Shown here piece after piece: positions 20,930 through 30,536 of a stretch of 64,000 bases of DNA. The translations under genes and the position numbers were made by a program. The notes below the pieces were generated by a model. The model searched no databases. It worked only from the letters and a program-made list of their open reading frames with translations, and was not told the origin of the DNA. This DNA comes from Dehalococcoidia bacterium. GTDB taxonomy: Bacteria; Chloroflexota; Dehalococcoidia; Bin125. Positions within the stretch are counted from its first letter, which is position 1. Every line of letters begins with the position of its first letter. The stretch lies in contig CBDBPH010000001.1 in NCBI GenBank assembly GCA_965208665.1, positions 1,098,717-1,162,716 of the forward strand. The letters run 5' to 3'.

Positions 20930-21500
20930 ATCGCCAGTTGCGGACGTTGTTCGCCGCCGCCTCGGCGAACGCGTCGTGTAACCACTCCAAGCCGAAGCGC
21001 GATTCCGCCGATTTGACCTCTTCCGCCAGGATCGGCGGCATCACGGTCCCGAATGCACTCTGCCAGATTTCGGGGACCGAGGAGTGGATGGGCTCACGGC
21101 CGTACACCGGCTGCGCGACTGGCGGCAGCGAGGCGGACTCCAGCGCCCTCCGGCCGTCGGCGTCGTTGAGCGCAATCCACTCCGTCCAGACGCCGTCCTG
21201 GATCGCACGTGCCCGCAACAACGAGCCACGCTCCACCGCGAGGTTGAGTCCGTCCGCAAACGCCTCGTTGACCTCGCGTTGCCCGCACATGTTGGCCAAC
21301 GCCTCAATCATCGCGCGTGTCTCCCGGAGGTCTTTGCTTGACAGACGGCGCGGGTATCGGCGCACCCTGGAGAGTCCGTCAGCGGTGTACAACGTCACGA
21401 TGAGCTCCGCCGGGTCGGACATCAACGGCGCCAGATCGCGCAGCAACGCCTGAGGCAGCGGCGTCACCGGCGCACCAGAGGCGAAGCCGTCGAACGTCAT
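20796..21500 (-). CDS. DnaD-domain protein (DnaD/DnaB-loader family, DDBH2 C-terminal domain)
   Basis: 234 aa. The C-terminal region FGLEWLHDAFAEAAANNVRNWRYVQAILERW carries the YxxxIxxxW signature of the DnaD/DnaB_2 domain. Its start overlaps the dnaB stop. Confidence 0.65.
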   Translation of the reverse strand: MTFDGFASGAPVTPLPQALLRDLAPLMSDPAELIVTLYTADGLSRVRRYPRRLSSKDLRETRAMIEALANMCGQREVNEAFADGLNLAVERGSLLRARAIQDGVWTEWIALNDADGRRALESASLPPVAQPVYGREPIHSSVPEIWQSAFGTVMPPILAEEVKSAESRFGLEWLHDAFAEAAANNVRNWRYVQAILERWDASGRDKEGRDGGDATARSAAGGLESSRYRHLFRE

Positions 21501-22987
21501 CAGAACTCATCCATCCCCGGTTCGGGCTGCGCATAGAAGTCCTCGAACTTGGCCACCGCAGGCACAAAGCGCACATCAACTCGACCCACCGCGCCATGTC
21601 GATGCTTCGCCACCAGCAGTTGGGCGACCTCGTGTTGGCCGCCGTGAATCGCGTCCGCGACCAGATCATCCTGGTAATCCTCACGGTCGTACATGTCCTC
21701 GCGGTAGATGAAGATCACCACGTCGGCGTCCTGCTCGATCGAGCCGCTCTCGCGCAGGTCCGAGAGTTGCGGTACCGGCGGATGGCGTCGCTCCACCGCA
21801 CGCGAGAGCTGCGACAGAGCCAGGATCGGGATTTCCAGCTCGCGCGCGATCTCCTTCAGCGTTCGCGAGATCAGCGAAATCTCGCTGACTCGGTTCGTGT
21901 CGGCCGGCGCTCGCGAAAACCCATGCACGAGCTGGATATGGTCCACAATGATCAAGCCCAGACCGTTCTGGCCGCTCCCGCGTCGATGCGCCTGCTCCTG
22001 CAGCCTCGTGTGCAGATTTCGCGACTTGGCCCGAATCTCGGCCAGCGTCTGTCCGGCCGTGTCATCGATGTGGATCTCCGCCCCGCTCAGCAGCCCAATG
22101 GCTCGAGAGATGCGACCTTCCTGTTCCTCGGTGTGCCGACCTACACGCAGCCGGCCGCTCTCCACACGCGACTCGGCCGAGACCAATCTCGACGCGACCT
22201 GCTCAGCCGACATCTCGAGAGAAAAGATCGCCACGGCCAACTGCTGGCCGAGCGCCGCATTGCGAGCGATTGTCAGCGCGAGCGCCGATTTGCCCACCGA
22301 TGGACGAGCCGCCAGCACGACCAGGTCCGAGCCGTGCATGCCCTCGTTCAGCAGCACGTCCAAATCCTGGAAACCGGTGCGAGTCGGCCCCTGGACTCCT
22401 GAGTCCTCCTGCGACCCATCACTCAGGACATCTCCCAGGAGATCCTGGAGCAACCGGAAGTCCTGACGCCGATCGGCGCCGCGAATGCCGTAGAGCAGTT
22501 CCACCGCGCGCGTCAGCGACTCGCCGACGTTGGGATCGGCCTCGTAGGCAAGCTCACCAATCTCGCCGGCGGCGCGGATCATGTCACGATACGTCGCCGC
22601 CCGCTGGACCAGTCGCGCGTAGTGCTCCGCCCCGACGGTCGCCGGCAACTCGTAGACGAGCTGGTTCAGATATGCCTGTCCACCGGCCTCCGACAGCCGA
22701 TTCTGGGCTCCCAACTCCGCGGCCACCGTGATCTGGTCGATCGCTTCGTAGCGATCAAAGACGGCCAGCACCGCCGCGAAGATCGCACGGTGACGCGGAT
22801 CCATGAAGTCTTCGGGGACGAGCATCCCCGCCAGTCGCTCGTAGATGCCCGGCTCAGCGAGGATCGCACCGAGGACAGACTGCTCGGCCGGCTGGTCCTG
22901 CGGCACGCCTCTCGGCGCCGCACGCGTCCGGCCGTTTTGGCCGAACTCGTCCGTCAACTCGTCGTATGCGGGATCGCTAGAGACCAC
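21500..22987 (-). CDS. dnaB: Replicative DNA helicase DnaB
   Basis: 495 aa with an N-terminal helical domain (SVLGAILAEP) and a RecA-like domain with GARPSVGKSALAL Walker A and IIVDHIQL Walker B. Conserved rplI-dnaB linkage. Confidence 0.95.
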   Translation of the reverse strand: MVSSDPAYDELTDEFGQNGRTRAAPRGVPQDQPAEQSVLGAILAEPGIYERLAGMLVPEDFMDPRHRAIFAAVLAVFDRYEAIDQITVAAELGAQNRLSEAGGQAYLNQLVYELPATVGAEHYARLVQRAATYRDMIRAAGEIGELAYEADPNVGESLTRAVELLYGIRGADRRQDFRLLQDLLGDVLSDGSQEDSGVQGPTRTGFQDLDVLLNEGMHGSDLVVLAARPSVGKSALALTIARNAALGQQLAVAIFSLEMSAEQVASRLVSAESRVESGRLRVGRHTEEQEGRISRAIGLLSGAEIHIDDTAGQTLAEIRAKSRNLHTRLQEQAHRRGSGQNGLGLIIVDHIQLVHGFSRAPADTNRVSEISLISRTLKEIARELEIPILALSQLSRAVERRHPPVPQLSDLRESGSIEQDADVVIFIYREDMYDREDYQDDLVADAIHGGQHEVAQLLVAKHRHGAVGRVDVRFVPAVAKFEDFYAQPEPGMDEF

Positions 22988-23026
22988 GGCTGCTCCCCTC
23001 TCGGAGAGCAGTCCGAACCGGCGACG

Positions 23027-23614
23027 CTAGGCCTCGACGGCTTCGACCTGTCCTGCCTCTTCCGCTTCTTCTGCCTCTTCGGCTGCTGCTTCCGCGGCTT
23101 CCGCTTCGTCGACTTCCGCCACTACCTCGGCGAAGCTCAAGTCCACGCTGTCTGCGTCCGGCTCGACGATCACGCGTACCTGAGCCGAGACGTTGCGTGT
23201 CAGCCGCACGCGGACATCCTCCGCTCCCAGTGTGCGCAGGGACTGCGCCAGCAGCACCTGTCGATGCTCGATCGCCGCGTCCGGCACCGACTCCGACGCG
23301 ATCTCCGTCAGCCGCTCGGCGATGTCGCGGGCCGTGATCGAACCGAATAGCCGGCCTTGCTCGCCGACCCGAGCCTGGAACGTCATCTCCGCCCCGGCGA
23401 TCGCCAGCGCGACCGGACTCGCCTCGCCGTCCAGCTTCTCCTGCCGTATGGCGTCCGCCTGCGCCAGGCGTTCGGCGCGGGCCAGGTTGTTCTTGGTCGT
23501 CGGACCTGCCAGCCCGCGCGGCAGCAAGTAGTTCCGCGCGAAGCCGTTCTTCACCTCTTTGATCTCGCCGACCAGCGCCGTCCCCTCGACCTCTTCGAAA
23601 AACACGACCTGCAT
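23027..23614 (-). CDS. rplI: 50S ribosomal protein L9 with acidic C-terminal tail
   Basis: Start set at MQVVFFEEVEG (ATG at 23614), which matches the L9 N-terminus. The body KNGFARNYLLPRGLA is L9. The C-terminus EAEAAEAAAEEAEEAEEAGQVEAVEA is an acidic extension. Confidence 0.9.
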   Translation of the reverse strand: MQVVFFEEVEGTALVGEIKEVKNGFARNYLLPRGLAGPTTKNNLARAERLAQADAIRQEKLDGEASPVALAIAGAEMTFQARVGEQGRLFGSITARDIAERLTEIASESVPDAAIEHRQVLLAQSLRTLGAEDVRVRLTRNVSAQVRVIVEPDADSVDLSFAEVVAEVDEAEAAEAAAEEAEEAEEAGQVEAVEA

Positions 23615-23732
23615 CAGATTGCTCCGCTCGATCCCTCGGACATACCTCACAACCATACCGACCCATGGCAATCGACCCAACACACATTGCAACAGACGAA
23701 CGTGCGTTCACTATAGAATTCGTGTGCGTCAT

Positions 23733-26700
23733 TTACAACCCAGCCGCGCTGTCACCCGCCGGAGCCCGTGATGCCGGCGGCTCGGCGATCGTCGCGCTCC
23801 CTCGCTCGCCGAGCGTCTTCCCAACCATCTGCACGACCTGATCGTTCGCCCGCAACCGCCACTCATCCGAGCACCGCAGCACTTCCACCCGATCACCGCC
23901 GCGAATGCGCAGATACACCAAGTCTGGGCCGGCGTGCATCATCTTCATCGCGGTCAGAGCGCCCTCGAGTTGCTCCATCAACTCAACATCGGCCGACTCA
24001 TCGCCCGACTCATCGATCGTGATCCAGAGGGCGGAACCGGCGGTTTCACCGACCGGTGCCGAAACCGGCAGCGGCGCCGGTTCCGCGGCTGCAGTCGGTG
24101 CAGGCAGTGGCTGCCGAGGTTTCAGCATCCAGGGCGGCGGCGACGCCTGCTTGATCGGCGGGACCGTCACGCCGGCTGCCGATGCGGCCGCGGCCTCGGC
24201 CTGCGTCTGCAGCGCTGGCGCGGACGACATCTGCTCGCTCCACGGCTCGACCGATTCCACAGCCAGGGTCAGCCGATCCATCCTGGCCCTGATGCTGACC
24301 GTCACGATCACGATCTGGTTTGGCTGCCATAGCTCCCGGGTCCGCGCCCATTGATCCGGCCAGACCGTAACCTCGGCCGTGCCGGACAGATCCTCCAACA
24401 TGATCGCCGCAAACGGATCGCCCTTCCGCGTCGTCAGCGAGCGCACGCTGCCCACCAGTCCGGCCACCGTCTGCCTGTTCCCGACCATGTCCTCGGTCAG
24501 CTCCGACAGCTGCGCATCGACCCGACCCTGCAGCGCCCGCGTCGCCGCCTGCAGCGGGTGCTCAGAGACGTAGGCGCCCAGCAACTCGCGTTCCCAGTTC
24601 AACTGCTCATGCGGCGTCGCGTCCATGTCTTCCTCGAGCGTGACGCTCGGCGTCGGTGTCTCGACCTCCGTGCCGAACAGATCGAACATCGACGTCTGAC
24701 CGCTGTCGCGCAGCTCTTGCGCACGGCGAGCCCGTTTGATGATGTCCTCCGCCGCCGCCACCATCGCCCCGCGCGACTCGATCGAATCGAACGCTCCAGC
24801 CTTGGCCAGCGCCTCCAGCGCCCGACGGTTCATCGACTTCGTATCCAACCGCTCGGCGAGATCGCTGGCGCTGTCGATTGGGCCGTTCTCCTTGCGCTCC
24901 TCGATCAACGGCTCCACCGCCGCTCGACCGACGTTCTTGATTGTCCCCAGGCCGAAACGAATCGCGCTTCGGCCGTCGGCCATCTTCTCCAGCGTGAACG
25001 TCGCCTCGGAGCGATTCACGTCGGGCAGCAGCAGCGGAATCCCCAACCGGCCGCACTCCGCCGCCGCTTCCCGCACTCGATCGCTGTTACCCGAGGCGGC
25101 CCGCAGCACGGCCGCCATGTACGACGCCTTGTGGTTCGCCTTGAACCAGGCCGTCTGATACGCAATCGCCGCATACGAGACCGCGTGCGCCTTGTTGAAC
25201 GCATAGCCGGCGAACGGCTCGATCAGCTCAAAGATCGTCCGTGCGTCACCCTCGGAGTACCCGTTCGCCAGCGCTCCTTCGGTGAAGTTGCCCCGTTCGC
25301 CCTCCATCACCGAAGCGATCTTCTTGCCCATCGCCTTCCGCATGATGTCCGCCTGCCCCAGGGTGTAGCCGGCGAACTTGCGCGCGATGTGCAACACCTG
25401 ATCCTGGTAGACGATCACGCCGTACGTATCGTCAAGGACCTCTCCGAGGTCGTCGTGCGGATACGACACACCGACGCGCCCGTGCTTGCTTTCAATGAAG
25501 CGGGGGATGTGCTCCATCGGCCCGGGGCGATACAGAGCCAACAGCGCCGCCAGATCTCGAATCGACGTCGGTTTCAGGTCTTCCACGACCCGCCGCATTC
25601 CGCCTGACTCCAGCTGGAACACACCGAATGTGTCGCCGGTCGCCAGCCGTTCGTACGTCGCCGGATCACCGTCCGGCAGATTGAGATAGTCGACCTCAAC
25701 GCCCTCGTGCTCGCGGACCAGGGCCACCGCCTCCTCAAGGATCGTCAGGTTCGTCAGACCGAGGAAATCCATCTTCAACAGGCCGACCGCCGCTACCTCG
25801 TCCATCCCCCACTGCGTCATCGGGATGAAGACGTCGTCCGACGACTCGTTCACCGGTCGCCGGAGCGGCACATTCTCGGCCAGCGGCTCCTGTGAGATCA
25901 CGACCCCAGCCGCGTGGGTTGAGGTGTTGCGCACCACCCCGTTCAGCCGCTGCGCGTAGGACAACAACTCGGCGACCGTCGGATCGTCCTGCTGCGCCGC
26001 CTGCAAATCCTGCGACTGTGCAATCGCATCCGCCACCGAGATGTTGAGCTGGTTCGGCACCATCCTGGCCACACGATCGGTGTCGCCAAGCGGCACGCCC
26101 AACGCGCGACCCGAGTCGCGGATCGCCGCCTTCGCTCCCAGCGTGCCAAAGGTGATGATCTGCGCCACGCGATCATGCCCGTACTTCTCGGCGACGTAGC
26201 GGATCACTTCATCGCGCCGATTATCGGCGAAATCCATGTCGATATCGGGCATTTCCCGGCGTTCCAGGTTGAGGAAGCGCTCAAACACCAGGTCGTACTC
26301 CATCGGATCGATGTCGGTGATATCGAGGCAGTACAAGACCAGGCTCGCCGCCGCAGACCCGCGCACCGCTCTCGCGATCCCGCGATTCTTCGCGAAGTGG
26401 GCGAAGTCCATCACGATCAAGAAGTACTCGGCAAAGCCGGTCTCCTCGATCACGTGCAGCTCGTATGCCAGTCGATCGCGATGACCCTGAGGCGGTGCCC
26501 CGTAACGCTGATCCAGGCCGCGGTAGGCGATATCAGATAGGTGTTCCAGGGCCGTCATGCCCTCGGGGATGTCCGGCTGTGGCAGGCGTAGACGGTCAAA
26601 CTCCAGCTTGACATCGCAACGTTCCGCGACGAGCTGAGTATTCGTCACCGCCTCCTGCAGATCGCTGAAGTTGTCCAGCATGTACTGCTCGGACGTGAGG

Positions 26701-27431
26701 TAGAAATCCTCTCCGTCAAACCGGAAGCGCTTCTCATCCGTCCGAACCGCGTTAGTGCCGATGCACAGCAGCAGATCATGCGCGTCGTGATCGCCCGGCT
26801 CGCAGTAGTGCGCGTCCTGGGTCGCGACGAGAGGCACGTCCAGGTCGCGGGCCATCCTGACGGTGTGTTCCAGCATCGGCTCAAACTGGGGCAACGCCTC
26901 GTGCCGCTGGATCTCGAAGTAGTAACGGTCGTCGAAGACCTCGCGGTACCACTCGACAATCCGCTCGGCCTCCTGGAAGTCCTCACGTATCAGCGCGCGT
27001 TGCAGCTCCGACGAAGGACAGCCGGAGAGCGCGATGATCCCCTCGGAGTATGTGGAGAGCAACTCGCGGTCGATCCGCGGTCGGTAGTAGAAACCTTCAA
27101 GATGCCCGCGCGTCGAGAGTTGGATCAGGTTGCGCCAGCCGACCTGGTTCTGCGCCAGCAAGACCAGGTGAAACGAGTTGGACGCCGCCTCGCGGCCGTC
27201 CGAGCGATCCGTGCGGATACCCGGGGCAACGTACGCCTCCATCCCCAGGATTGGGCGCAGGCCTTCGCTCTCACAGGCCTGATAGAACTCCACGGCCCCA
27301 TACAGGTTGCCGTGGTCGGTGATCGCCAGGGAATCCTGACCCAGGCCTCTCGCCCGATCCACCAGCGCCGGAATCTTGGAAAGCCCATCCAACTCCGAGT
27401 ACTCGGTGTGCGTATGCAGATGAGCGAACAT
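23733..27431 (-). CDS. dnaE: DNA polymerase III alpha subunit
   Basis: 1232 aa. N-terminal PHP domain (HLHTHTEYSELDG), polymerase core, OB domain and a P/A-rich C-terminal extension. Confidence 0.97.
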   Translation of the reverse strand: MFAHLHTHTEYSELDGLSKIPALVDRARGLGQDSLAITDHGNLYGAVEFYQACESEGLRPILGMEAYVAPGIRTDRSDGREAASNSFHLVLLAQNQVGWRNLIQLSTRGHLEGFYYRPRIDRELLSTYSEGIIALSGCPSSELQRALIREDFQEAERIVEWYREVFDDRYYFEIQRHEALPQFEPMLEHTVRMARDLDVPLVATQDAHYCEPGDHDAHDLLLCIGTNAVRTDEKRFRFDGEDFYLTSEQYMLDNFSDLQEAVTNTQLVAERCDVKLEFDRLRLPQPDIPEGMTALEHLSDIAYRGLDQRYGAPPQGHRDRLAYELHVIEETGFAEYFLIVMDFAHFAKNRGIARAVRGSAAASLVLYCLDITDIDPMEYDLVFERFLNLERREMPDIDMDFADNRRDEVIRYVAEKYGHDRVAQIITFGTLGAKAAIRDSGRALGVPLGDTDRVARMVPNQLNISVADAIAQSQDLQAAQQDDPTVAELLSYAQRLNGVVRNTSTHAAGVVISQEPLAENVPLRRPVNESSDDVFIPMTQWGMDEVAAVGLLKMDFLGLTNLTILEEAVALVREHEGVEVDYLNLPDGDPATYERLATGDTFGVFQLESGGMRRVVEDLKPTSIRDLAALLALYRPGPMEHIPRFIESKHGRVGVSYPHDDLGEVLDDTYGVIVYQDQVLHIARKFAGYTLGQADIMRKAMGKKIASVMEGERGNFTEGALANGYSEGDARTIFELIEPFAGYAFNKAHAVSYAAIAYQTAWFKANHKASYMAAVLRAASGNSDRVREAAAECGRLGIPLLLPDVNRSEATFTLEKMADGRSAIRFGLGTIKNVGRAAVEPLIEERKENGPIDSASDLAERLDTKSMNRRALEALAKAGAFDSIESRGAMVAAAEDIIKRARRAQELRDSGQTSMFDLFGTEVETPTPSVTLEEDMDATPHEQLNWERELLGAYVSEHPLQAATRALQGRVDAQLSELTEDMVGNRQTVAGLVGSVRSLTTRKGDPFAAIMLEDLSGTAEVTVWPDQWARTRELWQPNQIVIVTVSIRARMDRLTLAVESVEPWSEQMSSAPALQTQAEAAAASAAGVTVPPIKQASPPPWMLKPRQPLPAPTAAAEPAPLPVSAPVGETAGSALWITIDESGDESADVELMEQLEGALTAMKMMHAGPDLVYLRIRGGDRVEVLRCSDEWRLRANDQVVQMVGKTLGERGSATIAEPPASRAPAGDSAAGL

Positions 27432-27576
27432 CAGACTTCATCCTCGCTCCAGTGAACCACTCAGTAGAGATTGAAGCCGCGCTGTCCTGGAGTCCGAACG
27501 CATCCACATGCCAACAGGAAGGAGGTGGAATGTGGATGCCACATTTGCTCACTTCCAAGGTGTCATGTTGCTGATT

Positions 27577-27595
27577 CGAACAGAATAGCTGTTCC
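27577..27595. promoter_or_regulatory. Inverted repeat CGAACAG-N5-CTGTTCC about 150 nt upstream of dnaE (candidate operator)
   Basis: Direct reading of cgaacagaatagctgttcc shows perfect 6-bp arms GAACAG/CTGTTC. The GAAC...GTTC core is reminiscent of Cheo-type LexA boxes, but the spacing differs. Confidence 0.3.
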
Positions 27596-27721
27596 AAAAG
27601 CGCGCGGCGGATGCATCGACACGCGTCTCTTCGTGAAGCCCATCCGGGCGAAGTCCGACCGACAGAAACGGGCAGCCACAAGGACTGCCCCTACGGAATT
27701 GCCGATTGCCGCGGGTGGTTG

Positions 27722-28948
27722 CTAAATCTCCTGATCCAACTCAAACGCCGAGTGCAGCACCCGGACCGCCTCTTCACCGCGGTCCACGTTGACGAGACAT
27801 GTAATCCGAATCTCCGAGGTCGTGATCAGCTCAATGTTGATCCCCGCCTCGGAGAGCGAGCGGAACATCGTCGCCGCGTAACCCGGGCCGGACTGCATCC
27901 CCGTCCCGATCAGCGACACCTTGACCAGGTCGTGATTGAACAGCACGTCGGCCGCGCCCAGATCGGCGGCGAGCGGTTTACTGATCTCCTGCGTTCGTTC
28001 CCAGTCGTCGTCGGTCACCGTGAACGTCAGGTCGGTGAGTTGCAGCTCCGATGCGTTCTGGACGATCGTGTCCACAGATATACCCGCGTCGGCCAATGGT
28101 CCGAAGATCTGCGCCGCAATACCCGGCCGATCGGGCACATGACGCAACGTCACCGAGGCGACGTCGCGGTCCAGCGCGATCGTGCGCACCCTGTTCTCGG
28201 GCTCCATCAGAACCTCCCTGCGAATGATGGTCCCGCCGCCGGAGCCGAACTCCGATTGCGACGAGGCCACCAGGATTGGTATCTCGTACAACAGCCCCAA
28301 CTCGACCGCCCGCGGGTGCATCACGCCTGCGCCCTGCTGCGCAGCCTCCAGCATCTCCTCGGCCGCGATGTCCTTGAGGCAACGCGCCTGCGGTTCGATT
28401 CGCGGGTCGGTCGTGTAGATGCCCTGCACATCGGTGTAGATCTCAACCTGCGACGCCTTCAGCGCCGCGCCGAGGGCCACCGCCGACGTATCGGAGCCGC
28501 CCCGGCCCAGCGTCACATAGTCGCCTTGCGGGCTCTGCCCCTGGAACCCCGCCACCACGACCACATTGCCGGCCGCGAACTCCTCCTCGATCCGCCAGGT
28601 GTCGATCCCCCGAATCCGGGCGCGGCCAAAGGTCTCATCGGTGAACACGCCGGCCTGCGCGCCGGTCAATGCCACCGCGGGACAGCCCAGGTCTCCCAGC
28701 GCCATCGCCAGCAGCGCGCTCGAGACCATTTCGCCGGTCGCCATCAGCAGGTCGGTCTCCCGCCGCGGCGGCCGAGGATTCACGTCGCGCGCCAGCGCCA
28801 GCAGCTCGTCCGTGCTCTTGCCCATCGCCGAGACGACAACCGCGACCTGCTCGCCGTCAACCGCACGCGACGCGACGCGATGTGCAACATTCCGCAAGCG
28901 TTCAACTGATCCGACTGAAGTGCCGCCGTATTTCTGTACGACCGTCAC
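27722..28948 (-). CDS. lysC: Aspartate kinase
   Basis: 408 aa with KYGGTSV and VVVSAMGKSTDEL motifs and tandem C-terminal ACT domains. Confidence 0.93.
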   Translation of the reverse strand: MTVVQKYGGTSVGSVERLRNVAHRVASRAVDGEQVAVVVSAMGKSTDELLALARDVNPRPPRRETDLLMATGEMVSSALLAMALGDLGCPAVALTGAQAGVFTDETFGRARIRGIDTWRIEEEFAAGNVVVVAGFQGQSPQGDYVTLGRGGSDTSAVALGAALKASQVEIYTDVQGIYTTDPRIEPQARCLKDIAAEEMLEAAQQGAGVMHPRAVELGLLYEIPILVASSQSEFGSGGGTIIRREVLMEPENRVRTIALDRDVASVTLRHVPDRPGIAAQIFGPLADAGISVDTIVQNASELQLTDLTFTVTDDDWERTQEISKPLAADLGAADVLFNHDLVKVSLIGTGMQSGPGYAATMFRSLSEAGINIELITTSEIRITCLVNVDRGEEAVRVLHSAFELDQEI

Positions 28949-29871
28949 AGCACCTGAGCCCCGCCGGCATCGATCCCGGTCACGAAACCCTCGCCCGTGA
29001 TATCCCGCTCTGCCGCCGCCGAGATCCAGGCCTCGCGTACATCGTCCGCCTGTTCCTCGCTGGTCAACGCCATCAACGTCGAGCCTCCGCCCGACAGATA
29101 GGCCGCGTAGGCTCCGGCCGATTCCGCTGCCTCGAACAGCTCAAACATCGTTGGGAACAGCTTCGACCGCGGAATCTGATGCAACCGGTCGTCGACGGCG
29201 GTCTTCAGCGCCTCCCACGATCCCGTCGTCAGCGCCGCGACGAGCAGAGCCGCGCGGCAGGAGTTGTGCACCGCATCCTTGCGCGACAGCTCGTCCGGCA
29301 ACAGCTTCCGACCCTTTTTCGTCGACATGTTGAAGCTGGGCGTAAAACCCACGAAGCGAACGCCATCGGCAACGGGCAGCGATACACGGGTCACGGACTG
29401 CCCCTTCATCGCCACAATCTGGCATCCGCCGAACAGCGCCGGAGCCATGTTGTCGGCATGTCCTTCGAGGTCCGAGCCGATTTCCAGCACCCGATGCTCC
29501 GACAACGGATGGCCAAGCAAGGCGTTCGCCGCGACCAGACCAGCGCCACGACAGGCCGCGCTCGCGCCCAGTCCCCGGCCGAGCGGGAACTCCGCCTCCA
29601 CCGCAACGTCGATGTCCTCAGCGTCCGGGCGAGCCATGTCCAGCTCGCGATAGACCTCGCGTACTGCCTTGCGCACGTGCCGGGACATCGGCGAGCGTTC
29701 TCCTTCGAGACCCGAGGCAATCGACACCGTCACTGTCGCGTACAGCTGCAACGCCACGCCGGCTGCGTCGAACCCGGGGCCAAGGTTGGCCGACGACGCG
29801 GGTACCCGCACCGTCACGGGACCCAGGGGCTCGATCGCTTCAGAGCGTTCTGGCCATGTCTCAGTAGTCAT
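28945..29871 (-). CDS. thrB: Homoserine kinase
   Basis: 308 aa. GHMP-kinase motif PASSANLGPGFD. Confidence 0.9.
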   Translation of the reverse strand: MTTETWPERSEAIEPLGPVTVRVPASSANLGPGFDAAGVALQLYATVTVSIASGLEGERSPMSRHVRKAVREVYRELDMARPDAEDIDVAVEAEFPLGRGLGASAACRGAGLVAANALLGHPLSEHRVLEIGSDLEGHADNMAPALFGGCQIVAMKGQSVTRVSLPVADGVRFVGFTPSFNMSTKKGRKLLPDELSRKDAVHNSCRAALLVAALTTGSWEALKTAVDDRLHQIPRSKLFPTMFELFEAAESAGAYAAYLSGGGSTLMALTSEEQADDVREAWISAAAERDITGEGFVTGIDAGGAQVL

Positions 29872-29882
29872 CGGCGAACATT

Positions 29883-30536
29883 CTATGAGGCGCCTTTGCG
29901 TCCATCCAACCAGTGATTCACAATCTGCAACGCATCTGTCAACACATCCGCTGCCTCGCGCGAGGCATCGATGGTCCGGATCCGTTCCACATCCTCTGAA
30001 GCGAGCGACCGGAACCCCGCATTGACTCGTCTGTGGAACGCCAGATCCGCGTCGCCGATTCGGTCGCCTTCGGACGATCGCGCGCGGGTCCGCGCGAGAC
30101 CCGCCTCTGGCCCAATGTCCAGTAGCAGCGTCAAGTCCGGTGCGAGCCTCTCTGTCGCTTCCGCATTCAGCCGCCGCAATCGGTCGAGATCGAGCCCGCG
30201 ACCGTATCCCTGGTACGCCAGTGTCGAGTCGGTGTAGCGATCACTCAGCACCAGTTCCCCGGCCTTGAGCGCCGGGAACAGGACGTCGTGAACGTGCGAC
30301 GCCCGCGCCGCCAGGAACAGCCACGTCTCTACCCAATCGCTCATCTCCAGTTCCGGATCGAGCACCAGCGATCGCAGACGTGTCCCCAGCAAGGTTCCCC
30401 CCGGCTCCAAGGTCAGACGAACCGGGTGTCCGGATGCCCTGAGGGATTGGGCCAATGATCTCGCGAGCGTGGTTTTGCCGGCGCCGTCCCCGCCTTCGAC
30501 GGTGAGAAATACTCCCCTCCCCCGTTCAGCCGCCAT
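29883..30536 (-). CDS. tmk: Thymidylate kinase
   Basis: 217 aa with the EGGDGAGKTT P-loop, DRY motif and lid region. Confidence 0.92.
   Translation of the reverse strand: MAAERGRGVFLTVEGGDGAGKTTLARSLAQSLRASGHPVRLTLEPGGTLLGTRLRSLVLDPELEMSDWVETWLFLAARASHVHDVLFPALKAGELVLSDRYTDSTLAYQGYGRGLDLDRLRRLNAEATERLAPDLTLLLDIGPEAGLARTRARSSEGDRIGDADLAFHRRVNAGFRSLASEDVERIRTIDASREAADVLTDALQIVNHWLDGRKGAS

Noticed and set aside
22977-23732. 251-aa minus-strand G/R-rich ORF
   Set aside because: It is an alternative frame across rplI (L9), which is clearly the real gene.
24351-25607. 418-aa plus-strand ORF
   Set aside because: Antisense to dnaE. R/L/H-rich and low complexity.
27611-29916. Plus-strand ORFs of 432 and 415 aa
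   Set aside because: Antisense to lysC and thrB respectively, both of which have clear catalytic motifs.
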